The notes under the pieces were generated by a model that was given only the letters and a program-made list of their open reading frames with translations, was not told the origin of the DNA and did no database searches. From NCBI RefSeq assembly GCF_004010195.1, contig NC_057752.1:10637631-10701630 (forward strand): DNA of 64,000 nt. The letters are read 5' to 3'. The stretch is from Chiloscyllium plagiosum. Its lineage: Eukaryota. Below, in pieces: positions 11,931 through 25,422 of the stretch. Numbering within the stretch: position 1 is the stretch's first letter; each line of letters begins with the position of its first letter. Position numbers and translations under genes: made by a program.

Positions 11931-12924
11931 AGTCCATCGTCATACTTACACAACGTGATGCAGTGATGTTCCTTCCATCCCACAGCATCCTTACAAATTC
12001 CACAAGGGATGGGGTGCTTATAGCCAGTATTCACCTCCCTCTAAGTTATTGTTGTTAATCTCTGCCTCAATGAGATGGCAATGTTAGTTCATTGAGCACC
12101 AATGGTATGGTGCAGTCAGCCTTTGGCCAACATTTGAGGCATAAGCACATTCATTCTGCATGCATTACAAATAGGGGGTGGCGTTTTTGTGAATGAAATG
12201 TGGCTAAGGTTTGCAAGCACACGCTTCATATATTTGTCCCTTCAATGTCCTCACATCCAGCAGATGCTGTGTTTTCACCCGTCAACCTGACACTGACTGT
12301 ACCCACCCTGGGCTTTGTCCCAGTTATTTGCCAGTTACCTTTCACAGCTGGACAGCAGCAAGTGAGGGCAGTGAGCACAGCACATGGTGGACTCCATCAG
12401 CACCACACTCCACCTGGTTGCCAGGCAACTGCCCAGAGCCTTCTTGTACTCTTTTACCTCACTCTTCCCGACCGTCCATTTCCACCCATCGTCCCAATGT
12501 GGATTTCACCTACAACTATTATCTCTGCCTCCTCAATCCCTACATTACACGTTAATGATGCCCATCCTGCTATTCTGTGCTCCCACCCGCACCCCCGTGG
12601 AGGTAGTGTAGTTGTGATCACTGTCAATAACCCTTCCCCCTCCTGCAGCCAACCATGCCCACCAATGCTGTTCCACATAACCTCCCCCTAAACATCTTGA
12701 GTATCCACTATCATCATCCTTATCCCTCACTCTACAAATGCCTCTGCTTCCCTCCTACCAATACCCACAGCCTTCTAACCATAATTCACTTATTAGTCCC
12801 ACAAGCCACTCCCTTGCACCCTACTGAAAGACAACAGAAAGACTTCCCAGGACTGTATTCACCACAGAGTCTGACTGACTTCAGTGAACAGCCCGGAGAC
12901 ATTGTGGAGCAATCATCTCAGTGC

Positions 12925-15640
12925 AGACCTTGCAGCTCCCTGACTGACGGTACACCATTCCCCTGTTCTGTCAGCTTCCTGACTGACAGTACGCCATACC
13001 CCTGGCCTTGCAGCTCCCTGACTGATGGTACAAGGTTCCCCTGTCCTGTCAGCTCCCTGACTGACGGTACACCATTCCCCTGTCCTTGCAGCTCACTGAC
13101 TGATGGTAGACCATTTCCCTGTCCTTGCAGCTCCATGACTGATGGTATGCCATTCCCCTCCCCTGTCAGCTCCCTGATTGATGGTACACCGTTCCCCTGT
13201 CTTCTCAGCTCCCTGACTGATGGTGCACCATTCCCTTGTCCTTGCAGCTCCCTGACTGACAGTACAGCATTCCCCTGCCCTGTCAGCTTCCTGACTGACG
13301 GTACACCATCCCTCTGTCCTGTCAGCTCCCTGAATGACGGTACACCATCCCACTGTCCTTGTAGCTCCCTGAATGACGGTACACCATCATTCCCCTGCCC
13401 TGTCAGCTCCCTTACCGACAGTACACCATTCCCTTGTCCTTGCAGCTCCCCGACTGACGGTACACGGTTCCCCTGTCCTCTCAGCTCCCTGACTGATGGT
13501 ACACCATCCCCCTTCCCTGTCAGCTCCCTGACTGATGGTACACCGTTCCCCTGCCCTGTCAGCTCCCTGACTGATGGTACACCATCCCCCTCTCCTTGTA
13601 GCTCCCTAACTGAAGGTACACCAACCCTCTCCCCTGTCAGCTCCCTGAATGATGGTACACCATTCCCCTGTCCTTGTAGCTCCCTAACTGATGGTACACC
13701 AACCCCCTGCACTGTCAGCTCCCTGACTGACGATGCACCATGCTCCTATCCTTGCAGCTCCCTAACTGATGGTACACTGTTCCCCTGTCCTGTCAGCTCC
13801 CAGACTGATGGAACACCATTCCCTTGGCCTTGCAGCTCCCTGGCTAATGGTACACCACTCCCCTGTCCTGTCAGCTCTCTGACTGACGGTACTCCATTCC
13901 TCTGTCCTGTCAGCTCCCTGACTGTCGGTACACTATTCCCCTGTCCTGACAACTCCTTCACTGTTGGTACACCATTCCCCTGATCTTACAGCACCCTGAC
14001 TGTCGATACACCATTCCCCTGTCCTGTCAGCTCGCTGACTGATGGTACACCATTCCCCTGTCCTTGTAGCTCCCTGACTGACAGTACACAATATCCCCTG
14101 CACTGTCAGTTTCCTGACTGACGGTAAACCATTCCCCTGCCCTGTCAACTCCCTGACTGATGGTACACCATGCCTCTATCCTTGCAGCTCCCTGACTGAT
14201 GGTACACTATTCCCCTGTCCTTGTAGCTCCCTGACTGACAGTACACAATATCCCCTGTCCTGTCAGCACTCTGACTGATGGTACACCATTCCCCTGTCCT
14301 TGTAGCTCCCTGACTGACAGTACACAATATCCCCTGTCCTGTCAGCACTCTGACTGACGGTACACCATTCCCCTTTCCTGTCAGCTCCCTGGCTGATGGT
14401 ACACCATTCCCTTGTCCTTGCAGCTTCCTGACTGATAGTACACCATTCCTCTGTCCTGTCAGCTCCCTGTCTGACGGTACACCATTTCTCTGCCCTCTCA
14501 GCTCCCTGACTATTGGTACACCTTTCCCCTGTCCTTGCAGCTCCCTGACTGATGGTACACTGTCCTCTGCCTTGTCAGCTCCCTGACTGATGGTACACCA
14601 TTCCCCTGTCCTTGTAGCTCCCTGACTGATGGTACACCATTCCCCTGTGCTTGTAGCTCCCTGACTGACGGTAGACATTTCCCCTGTCCTGTTAGTTCCC
14701 TGGCTGACTGTACACCATTCCCCAGTCCTGTCAACTCTTTGACTGACAGTACACCATTCCCCTGCCCTGTCAGTTCCCTGACTGTCGGTACTCCATTCCC
14801 CTGTCCTGTCAACTCCTTGTCTGAAGGTACACCATTCCCCTATCCTTGCAGCTCCCTGACTGACGGTACACCATTGCCCTGTCTTTGCAGCTCCCTGACT
14901 GACGGTACACCATTCCCCTGTCCTTGCAGCTCCCTTAGTGATCGTACACTATTCCTCTGCCCTGCCAGCTCCTTGAGTGACGGTACACCATGCCCCTATC
15001 CTTGCAGCTCCCTGACTGATGGTACACTATTCCCCTGTCCTGTCAGCTCCCTGATTGATTGTACACCATTCTCTTGGCCTAGCAGCTCCCTGACTGATGG
15101 TACAACATTCCCCTGTCCTGGCAGCTCCTTGTCTGGTGGTACACCATTCCCCTGCCCTATTACCTCCCTGACTGATGGTACACTGTTCCCCTACCCTGTC
15201 AGCTCCCTGACTGACGGTACACTATTCCCCTGTCCTTGTAGCTTCCTGACTGACGGCACACCATTCCCCTGTCCTTGTAGCTCCCTGACTGACGGTACAC
15301 TGTTCCCCTGTCCTTGTAGCTCCCTGACTGTCGGTACACCATTCCCCTGTCCTGTCAGCTCCCTGACTGACGGTACACTGTTCCCCTGTCCTTGTAGCTC
15401 CCTGACTGATGGTACACCATTTCCCTGTTCTGTCAGCTAACCTGACTGACGGTACATCGTTCCCCTGTCCTCTCGGCTCCCTGACTGACGGTACACCATT
15501 CCCCTGTCCTGTCAGCTCCCTGACTGACGGTACACCGTTCCCCTGTCCTCTCGGCTCCCTGACTGTCGGTACACCATTCCCCTGTCCTGTCAGCTCCCTG
15601 ACTGACGGTACACTGTTCCCGGTCCTGTCAGCTCCCTGCA
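12925..15640. repeat. Minisatellite, 39-bp unit GTCAGCTCCCTGACTGACGGTACACCATTCCCCTGTCCT (variant TGCAGC...), about 70 copies
   Basis: Direct tandem repetition with 13-aa periodicity in the ORF track (VSSLTDGTPFPCP / CSSLTDGTPFPCP). Confidence 0.97.
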
Positions 15641-16929
15641 AGATAGTGAGCAATTCCCGTGACATTTGCTGGCTGGACAGGACTGCCCACTGCCCAATCC
15701 CTGGACTGTAATCAGCAATTTCCCTTGAATGAGTGTGTTGAATGACAAATGACCGTGTCCAAGCCACAGGATCGTGTCAGGACAGTATCTCTGACTGACG
15801 ATACAGGGAGCCGTTGTGTAACAGTCGCCCTGCTCTCCATGACTGGGCTGAGGACTCGCACCCTCCTCCGCCCCTTCCCCCCTTAGTTTCTGACATGGCC
15901 ATTTGGTTGAATGTATGTGTAATGTGTTTGTCAAGCAGGCAGCTTGCACATGCCGTGATTGAATTCTCAGTGGGCCAAGCAGCAAGGTGCCCCCTCCCAG
16001 ATGGATCCTTCCTGCCAAGCAGCCCATATATGTATCTCCAGAAAAGATCACGTGATAACTAAGAGCCTTTGGTTCTGATTGAAGCAGCAATGCACCAACA
16101 GGTATGGCATGCCAAGACAAGACAGGATTCCTGCGAACATTATGGCAGGCACTAAATGACCGGGCGCTAAGAGAGCAAGTGACCAGCCCTGAGATGCAGC
16201 CTGGTCCAATCTGTGAGGTGGCTGCCTGTGCCTGTGCACTCCATGTCTTTACTGCAGCCTTTCAATGCTTGTTGCTGGAGCTTCCTGTTGTTGCTTCCTG
16301 AGTATTCCGCGAGTGGATCAGAGAGGTGCCGTGATGGTCACATGGGGTTAGCCAATGTCAGATGCCAATGTCTATGAATGAGGGGTATGCGGGGCTGGTG
16401 TCCATGAGTCATGCCTGGAGCTGTTGTTTGTTGCTGAGCATCAAGGAGACTCCTCATATACAGCAGTGAGCTGAAGTTGCCAGGTACCCACGCTGACGTT
16501 CATGGTGAGAATTCTCAACATCTAACTGGTTCTCAATGCATTTGGTAAGGCAGGAAGCTGAATATTAACATGGTAACTAGTGGCATTAATAATGTGTTTA
16601 ACAAGATTTAATCCTCCTTAATTGGCAACTCACTACTGCCGAGCAAGAAACATGCCTCACCGCTTGGCAAATAAATAAAATATGCAACAGGTTGCTTGCG
16701 ACATCAAGACAGGGCCTCGACTGCAAATCCAAGATGGAGGTGGCTGTTCAGAGCTGCTCCTTTTATTGAGGTATTTTTTGTGCTGGAGCTGATTTCCTTG
16801 AATTTTTGCTGCAGTAATCACTGTTTTATATGCTGTTGCATTGTTTTGGGATTTTGGGGTAAAAATTGAGATCAAAACAACGGCACTTTAAAAAGGAGGA
16901 AGAGAGAGAGAAAGCAGTGATCACGTGGG

Positions 16930-17105
16930 AAATGACAACATTTAACAGGTATCTGGATGGGTATATGAATAGGAAGGGTTTCAAGGGCTTCGGGCCAAAT
17001 GCTGGCAAAATGAGACTAGATTAATTTAGGATATCTGGTCGGCATGGATGAGTTGGACTGAAGGGTCTGTTTCAGTGCTGTCGAGCTCTATGACTCTCTG
17101 ACTGA
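16930..17105 (+). mobile_element. CR1 3' end fragment
   Basis: 'acatttaacaggtatctggatgggtatatgaataggaagggttt...ctctatgactct', the same family as 1-360. Confidence 0.85.
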
Positions 17106-17340
17106 CTCCTTGCCCAGTTCTGCCACAAATCTCATCAGGCCTCTGTAAGATTTTGCCTGAGATGAGATTTTTGCTCGCAAAGGGTTGGCAGTATTTGGAA
17201 CTCTCTTCCTGAAAAGGTCATCAAAGCAGAGTATTTGAAGTTATTTGAATGCAGAGATTTATTCTTGACAAGCGAGGGGGTGAAATGGTATCTGGGTTAG
17301 GTCAGGAATGAGGAGTAAATCAGATCAGCCATTGAATGCC

Positions 17341-18700
17341 AACATAGAAATAGAACATAGAACATTACAGTGCAGTATAGGCCCTTCAGCCCTTGATGTT
17401 GCACCGACCTCTGAAACCAATATGAACCCTATCTATTCTACACTATTCCATTTTCATCCAGGTATTTACCCAATGACCATTAAATGCCCTTAAAGATGGC
17501 AAGTCTATTACTGTTGCAGGTAGGGCATTCCACACTCCTACTACTCTCTGAGTAAAGAAACTACCTCTGACATTTGTCCTATATCTATCACCCCTCAATT
17601 TAAAGCTATGTCCCCTCATGCTAGCCATCACCATCCGAGGAAAAAGACTGTCATTGTCCAACCAATCTAATCCTCTGATCATCTTGTATTTCTCAATTAA
17701 GTCACCTCTCAACCTTCTTCTCTCTAATGAAAACAGCCTCAAGTCCCTCAGCCTTTCCTCATAAGACATTCCTTCCATATCTGGCAACATCCTAGTAAAT
17801 CTCCTCTGACCCTTTCCAAAGCTTCCATATCCTTCCTACAATGCGGTGACCAGAACTGTACGCAATACTCCAAGTGCAACCACACCAGAGTTTTGTACAG
17901 CTGCAGCATGACCTCATGGCTCTGAAACTCAATCCCTCTACCAATAAAAGCTAACACATTGTACGCCTTCTCAGCAACCTGATCAACCTGGGTGGCAACT
18001 TTCAGGGATTGATGTACATGCACACCGAGATCTCTCTGCTCATCCACACTACCAAAAATCTTACCATTTGCCCAGTATTCTGTATTCCTGTTACTTCTTC
18101 CAAAGTGAATCACCTCACACTTTTCCGCATTAAATTTCATTTGCCACCTCTCAGCCCAGGTCTGCAGCTTATCTATGTCCCTCTGTAACCTGCAACATCC
18201 TTCAGCACTATCTACAACTTCACCGAACTTAGTGTCATCTACAAATTTACTAACCAATCCTTCTGTGCCCTCATCTCGGTCAAGTATAAAAATGACAAAC
18301 AGCAGTGGCCCCCAAAACAGATCCTTGCAGAAACTCCACTAGTAACTGAACTCCAGGATGAACATTTCGCATCAACCACCACCCTCTGTCTTTCAGCTAG
18401 CCAATTTCTGATCCAAACCACCAAATCACCCTCAATCCCATGCCTCTGTATTGTGTGCAATAGCCTACTGTGAGGAACCTTATCAAATGCTTTACTCAAA
18501 TCCATATACACCACATCAACCACTTTACCCTCATCCACCTTTTTGGTCACCTTCTCAAAGAACTCAATAAGGTTTGTGAGGCACGACCTACCCTTCACAA
18601 AACCATGTTGTCTATTCCTAATCAAGGTATTCCTTTCTAGGTGATTATAGATCCAATCTCTTTTAATCCTTTCCAACACCTTACCCACAACTGAAGTAAA
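17341..18700 (-). mobile_element. CR1 LINE ORF2 (RT to 3' end), inserted into an older CR1 3' end
   Basis: 'QHGFVKGRSCLTNLIEFFE', 'YMDLSKAFDKVPH', 'SKFVDDTK' and 'FFTQRVVGVWNALP'. (CTATGTT)n-like tail at about 17341-17365. Confidence 0.93.
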
Positions 18701-19419
18701 CTGAACCAAAGTAGGATCAAGGAGCTGAATGGCCTGCTGTTGCTCCTAATTCATATAGTTGTCTGAGACAGAATATTGAAGACTGAAATGATTACAGGTC
18801 TACTTTAGCCTTCATTCCTTGTTCTTGAATCTGACAGAAGGGATCATTTTAATCCAACTTACCCATAGGGAACTGAAGTGGCTGGGTTCATTGTAAAGGT
18901 GTCTGATGAAGTCAATGGAAAGTAAACAGGCAACTAAACCAATTCCCCCCAGCAAGATATGGGTAAAATTGAGGATTAAGCTGACGGGGAGAGAGAGAGA
19001 CCAGAAAATGCCAATCATTTAAGCCTTTTAATGAGGTGAATTCTGAAGACAAACTGCACCTCTTTGAGAGAGAATGGAAAGCAGTGGAGAAAGTGAAAGA
19101 CACAAAAGTTCAGGTTGAATTGCTTATCACTCTATCTGAAGAGTAGAGCAATGTGTGTGTAGAGAAAATAATGAAAGATTAAAAGAAGAGTGAAAGAAGA
19201 GATGTAAACAAAAAGAAACCCAAAAGGATTGAGGGGTTGCTGAAGAGTGGGCGACTATTGGGAAGACGATAAGATCAGAGATCGGGTGGGAAATGAACCA
19301 AACCATCAACCAAATAATACAACCCTCTCCAATTGCATTCTCTGAAATCCCACAGCAATTCACATGATGCCAAACTATCCATCACCTCCAGGATGAGGTT
19401 TAAGGAGGCAGGAGTATAA

Positions 19420-20575
19420 AGGTTTGTTATGAAAGCCTCCTAGACCCAACCATCTTCAGCTACTTCATCAATGACCTTCCCTCCATCATAAGGTCCGAAG
19501 TGGGAATGTTCACTGATAATTGCACAATGTTCAGCACCGTTCACCTCAGACACTAAAGCAATCTGTGTCCAAATGCTGCAATAGAAGGACAATATCCAGG
19601 CTTGGGAAGTGGCAAGTAACATTCACACTGAACAGAAGTGGATCAGTCATATGAATACTGTGGCTACAACAGCAGATCAGAAGCTGGGAATTTTACAGTA
19701 CATTATTCATTTCCTGCCTCTCCAAAGCTTGTCCATCTACAAGACAGGAAAATGATAGAATACTTCCCACTTGCCTGTATGAATGCAGCTCCAACAACGC
19801 TCAATAGGTTTGACACCATCCAGAAGAAAGCATCCTGCTTGATCAGCACCACATCCACAAGCTGCCACTTCTTCCACCACCAACACTCAGTAGCAGCAGT
19901 GTGTACCATCTACAAGATGCACCGCAATTGTCCTCATACATCATCTTCTAAACCCATAAGCACGACCATTTAGAAGGTCAAGGGCAGCAGATACATGAGA
20001 ACATTGCCACCTGCAAGTTTCCCTCCGGGCCACTCATCATCCTAGCTCAGAACTATATCTCCATTCCTTCAGCATCGCTGGGTCAAAATCTGGGAACATG
20101 TATCCCTAACAGAATTGTGGGTGCACCCATACTAAATGGGCTGCACCCATTGAAGAAGGCAATTCAGTACCATCTTCTCAAGTATAAATAACACTGAGCA
20201 ATAAGTTTTGGTTTGGCCAGTGACAGCAACATCCATGAATTATGAAAATATAAAGTGGAAATGTTCCCTGCACAATGTTTAGCACCATATGTGACTCCAT
20301 AGATACTGAAGCAATCCATGTCTGAATGGAACAAGAGTTGGACAATATCCAGCTGTGCTGACAAGTGGCAAGTAATGTTTGTGCCACACGTCAGGCAATG
20401 ATCATCTCCAATAAGAGAGAACCTAATGATCACTCCTTGACATTGACTGGCAGCACCATCACTGAATTTCCCACTATCAACATCCCGGGGGTTTCCATTG
20501 ACCAGAAATGGAACTGGACCTGCCTTATAAATAGTAGCTACAAGTGCAGGTCAGGGACTGGGAATCTTGCAAAAC
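19420..20575 (+). mobile_element. Old CR1/L2-superclade LINE fragments (two overlapping pieces)
   Basis: 'FINDLPSII' and 'MIEYFPLACMNAAPTTLNRFDTIQKKASCLI...HQHSVAAVCTIYKMH'. Part of the RT region recurs at about 20270-20575. Confidence 0.7.
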
Positions 20576-21547
20576 AATATTAAGCCAACTTTACTAAATA
20601 GTAAATACAGGTTATGACATTTTGGCTATTTATAGTACTGCATGTGTTTTGCATTATTTCATTTTTTAATATTTCCAACACTTGCGATGTTACTTTTTTA
20701 AATTATAAAGAAGCATTAATCTTGAAGTGCAATGCTGTGGGATACCCACCATTAACAACAAATACAGACTCGCTGGAGGGTTGCATCACTGCAAATGGAA
20801 TTCAGTGTACTTAGCTGTGCAATTCAAAGTTTGGAAAACGTGCAGCTTTAAGACGAATCAGTGGAGGTCCATCCACAGGGAGCCTCCAAAGCAGGAAGCT
20901 GGACGGAGTGTGTGGAGCTCTGGATTCAGCACAATGCTAATCCCCAGTGGAAGATCCATTTCACCTCTTTATAATTACTGTGTAGATATAGTGACTTTGC
21001 GAGCTTGCTGTCTCTAAATGCTCACTATATTAAAACTAACTCTGGATTACACTTCCACAAATTATTTTTAATCGTTGCATTTAAGGTCTTAAATACTTGC
21101 AGGACAAGTTACTAAGACTTAACTATGATTCCTTTGAGAAACAGCTGGATCTATATCCGGCTTGGATCAGGTCAGAAGGTCACGAGAGAAGGAGAGACTG
21201 AGGTCAGTAAATACTTCAAGAGACATAAATGGATTTCTCCCTTGTTGAGGCTGAGGAATGTTCTTTGAAGTACACTATGTCAGAGAATGACATCGAATTT
21301 TGGAATTTAGTCATAATAGCTTTTAGGATCAAAGAATACTTATCCGCTAGTGTTTCAATGGGTAAGGCAGAGTCCATGATTGCAGAGTTAAAGTCCGGGT
21401 GGGCTAAATGGCCTTTTCTTAAACATGTCTTCCTCGCTCTGAGGCATCAGTATTCCAGATAAAGCACTGAACAGAAACTGAAAGAACAGAAGGTCTCATT
21501 TTTTAGTGATGATTAGTTTAAAATCTAAATATAGGGTTTATTTCTGT

Positions 21548-21960
21548 TGATTTAGATTTAGATTTTATTATCATGTGTACTCAAGTACAAAAGTACAGGA
21601 GTACAGTGAAAAGTATATAATGTCGACACACGTGGCACCATCTTAGGTACAAAGATATTTCGGGATAAAGTAGGAAAAGAAACAAAGTTAAAAACTTAAG
21701 CATTACTGCATTGAACACTAGAAAAATAAAAAAAGTAAGGGTTAACATTAAAGTCTTTAGAAGTTTAAACTAAGAAACTAAAGGAATAAGTTAAAAGTTT
21801 AGCACTCTGATGACTCCGCTGCTTATCTTGCACTCTGAGAGACCTCAGCTGCCTGTTCTCAATGCAGCTGCCGCAGATACCGTCGCTGTTGCTGAAACTG
21901 CCACCTTGCCAAACTCCCCCAGTACCTCGGTAATATGCCCAGGCAGAATCTACTCCCATG
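21548..21960 (-). mobile_element. Non-autonomous SINE-like element with a Rex1-like 3' tail; leads into the 33-bp array
   Basis: Minus strand: 'gtacctaagatggtgcc...cttttcactgtactcctgtac...gagtacacatgataataaaatctaaatctaaatc'. A related copy lies at 27410-27850. Confidence 0.6.
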
Positions 21961-24900
21961 CCAAGCCAAGACCCCACCATGAGCCATCGAGAGACCAACC
22001 AACACACTGTCAAGACACCAGGCCGGGACCAACCACAAGCCACTGAGACACCAGGCCGGGACTAAGCATGAGCCACCGATAGACCAGGCCGGGACCAACC
22101 ACGAGCTGCCGAGAGGCCATGCCGGGGCTAACAAAGAGCCGCCAAGAGACCAGGCCGGGGCCAATCATGAGCTGCCGAGAGACCAGGCCGGGACTAACAA
22201 TGAGCCGCCAAGAGACCAGGCCGGGGCCAATCACGAGCTACCGAGAGACCAGGCCGGGACCAACCACGAGCTGCCGAGAGACCAGACCAGGACCAACCAC
22301 GAGCTGCCGAGAGACCAGGCTGGGACCAACCACGAACCGCCGAGAGACCAGACCAGAACCAACCACGAGCTGCCGAGAGACCAGACTGAGACCAACCACG
22401 AGCCACTGAGACACTAGGCCATGGCTAACCACAAGCCGCTGAGAGACCAGGCCAGGACCAACCACGAGCTGCCGAGAGGCCAGGCCGGAATCAACCACGA
22501 GCTGCCGAGAGGACAGGCCAGGACTAACCATGAGCTGCCGAGAAACCAGACCGGGACCGACCACGAGCCACCGAGAGACCAGACCGAGACCAACCACGAG
22601 CCACCGAGAGACCAGGCCGGAACCAACGACGAGCTGCCGAGAGACCAGGCTGGGACCAACCACGAGCTGCTGAGAGACCAGGCTGGGACCAACCACGAGC
22701 TGCCGAGAGACCTGACCGGGACCAACCACGAGCTGCTGAGAGACCAGGCTGGGACCAACCACGAGCTTCCAAGAGACCAGGCTGGGACCAACCACGAGCC
22801 GCCGATAGACCAGACCGGGACCAATCATGAGCTGCCGAGAGACCAGGCCGGGACACGAGCTGCCGAGAGACCTGACCGGGACCAACCACGAGCTGCCGAG
22901 AGACCAGGCTGGGACCAACCACGACGTGCCGAGAGACCAGACCGGGAGCAATCAGGAGCCGCCGAGTAACCAGGCCGGGAGCAACCACGAGCCGCCGAGA
23001 GACCAGGCCGGGACCAACCACGATGTGCCGAGAGACCAGGCTGGAACCAACCACAAGATGCCGAGAGGCCAGGCCGATACCAACCACGAGCAGCCGAGAG
23101 ACCAGACCGGGACCAACCACAAGCTGCCGAGAGACCAGACCAGGACCAACCATGAGCCGCCGAGAGACCAGGCCAGGACCAACCACAAGCTGCCGAGAGT
23201 TCAGGCTGGGACCAACCACGAGCCGCCGAGAGACCAGGCCGGGACCAACCATGAGCTGCCGATAGACCAGACCGGGACCAATCATGAGCTGCCGAGAGAC
23301 CAGGCCGGGACCAACCACGAGGTGCCGAGAGACTAGGCTGGGACCAACCAGGAGCCGCTGAGAGACCAGACCGGGACCAACCACAAGCTGCCGAGAGACC
23401 AGGCCGGGACCAACCACGAGGTGCCGAAAGACCAGGCCTGGACCAACCACGAGCCACCGAGAGACCAGGCCGGGACCAACCACAAGGTGCTGAAAGACCA
23501 GGCCGGGACCACCCATGAACTGCCGAGCGACCTGACCAGGATCAACCACGAGCTGCCGAGAGACCAGACCGGGACCAACCACGAGCCACTGAGACACTAG
23601 GCCAGGACTAACCACAAGCCGCTGAGAGACCAGGCCGGGACCAACCATGAGCTGCCGAGAGGCCAGGCCGAGATCAATCACAAGCTGCTGAGAGGCCAGG
23701 ATGGGACAAACCACGAGCCGACAAGAGACCAGGCCGGGACCAACCACGAGCCGCCGAGAGACCAGACCGAGACCAGCCACGATCTGCCGAGAGACCAGGC
23801 CGGGACCAACCACGAGCTGCCGAGAGACCAGACCGGGACCAGCCACGATCTGCCGAGAGACCAGGCCGAGACCAACCACGAGCTGCCGAGAGACCAGGCC
23901 GGGACCACCCACGAGCTGCCGAGAGACCAGGCCGGGACCAACCACGAGCTGCCGAGAGACCAGACCGGGACCATGAGCTGCCGAGAGACCAGACCGGGAC
24001 CAACCCCGAGCTGCCGAGAGACCAGACCAGGACCAAATACGAGCTGCCGAGAGACCAGACCGGGACTAACCACGAGTCGCCGAGAGACCAGGCCAGGACC
24101 AACCACGAGCTGCCGAGAGACCAGACCGGGACCAAATACGAGCTGCCGAGAGACCAGACCCGGACTAACCACGAGCCGCCGAGAGGCCAGGCCAGGACCA
24201 ACCACGAGCTACCGAGAGATCAGGCTGGGACCAACCACGAGCTGCCGAGAGACCAGACCAGGACCAACCACGAGGTGCCGAGAGACCAGGCTGGGACCAA
24301 CCACGAGCTGACGAGAGACCAGACCAGGACCAACCACGAGCCACCGAGAGACCAGACCGGGACCAACCACGAGCCGCCAAGAGACCAGGCCGGGACCACC
24401 CACGAGCCACCGAGAGACCAGGCTGGGACCACCCACGAGCTGCCGAGAGACCAGACCGGGACCAACCACGAGCCGCCGAGAGACCAGACCGGGACCAACC
24501 ACCAGCTGCCGTGAGACCTGACCGATACCAACCATGAGCTGCCGAGAGACCATGCCGGGACCAACCACGAGGTGCCGAGAGACCATGCTGGGACCAACCA
24601 CGAGCCGCCGAGAGACCAGACCGGGACCAACCACGAGCCGCCGAGAGACCAGACCGGGACCAACCATGGGCTGCCGAGAGATCAGGCTGGGACCAACCAC
24701 GAGCCGCCGAGAGACCAGACCGGGACCAACCATGAGCTGCCGAGAGATCAGGCTGGGACCAACCACGAGCCGCCGAGAGACCAGACCGGGACCAACCACG
24801 AGCCGCCGAGAGACCAGACCGGGACCAACCACGAGCCTCCAAGAGACCGGGCCAGGCCTACCCACGAGCCACCGAGAGACCAGACCGGGACCACGCACGA

Positions 24901-25422
24901 GCTGCCGAGAGACCAGGCCGGGACCACCCATGAGCTGCCGAGAGACCAGGCCGGAACCAACCACGGGCTGCCGAGAGACCAGACCGGGACCAACCATGAG
25001 CCGCCGAGAGACCAGGCCAGGACCAACCACAAGCTGCCGAGAGTTCAGGCTGGGACCAACCACGAGCTGCCGAGAGACCAGACCAGGACCAAATACGAGC
25101 TGCCGAGAGACCAGACCGGGACTAACCACGAGCCGCCGAGAGACCAGGCCAGGACCAACCACGAGCTGCCGAGAGACCAGACCGGGACCAAATACGAGCT
25201 GCCGAGAGACCAGACCCGGACTAACCACAAGCTGCCGTGAGACCAGGCTGGGACCAACCATGAGCTGCTGAGAGACCAGGCCGGGACCAACCACGAGCCG
25301 CCGAGATACCAGGCCGGGACCAACCACGATGTGCCGAGAGACCAGGCCGGGACCAACCACGATGTGCCGAGAGACCAGGCCGGAACCAACCACAAGATGC
25401 CGAGAGGCCAGGCCGGGACCAG
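21960..25422. repeat. Minisatellite, 33-bp CpG-rich unit GAGACCAGGCCGGGACCAACCACGAGCTGCCGA, about 105 copies
   Basis: Direct tandem repetition with 11-aa periodicity in several frames (ETRPGPTTSCR, RDQAGTNHELP, VSRQLVVGPGL). Confidence 0.97.

Noticed and set aside
12925..25422. CRISPR-like interpretation of the 39-bp and 33-bp arrays
   Set aside because: The units are contiguous with no unique spacers, there are no cas genes, and the context is a vertebrate genome.
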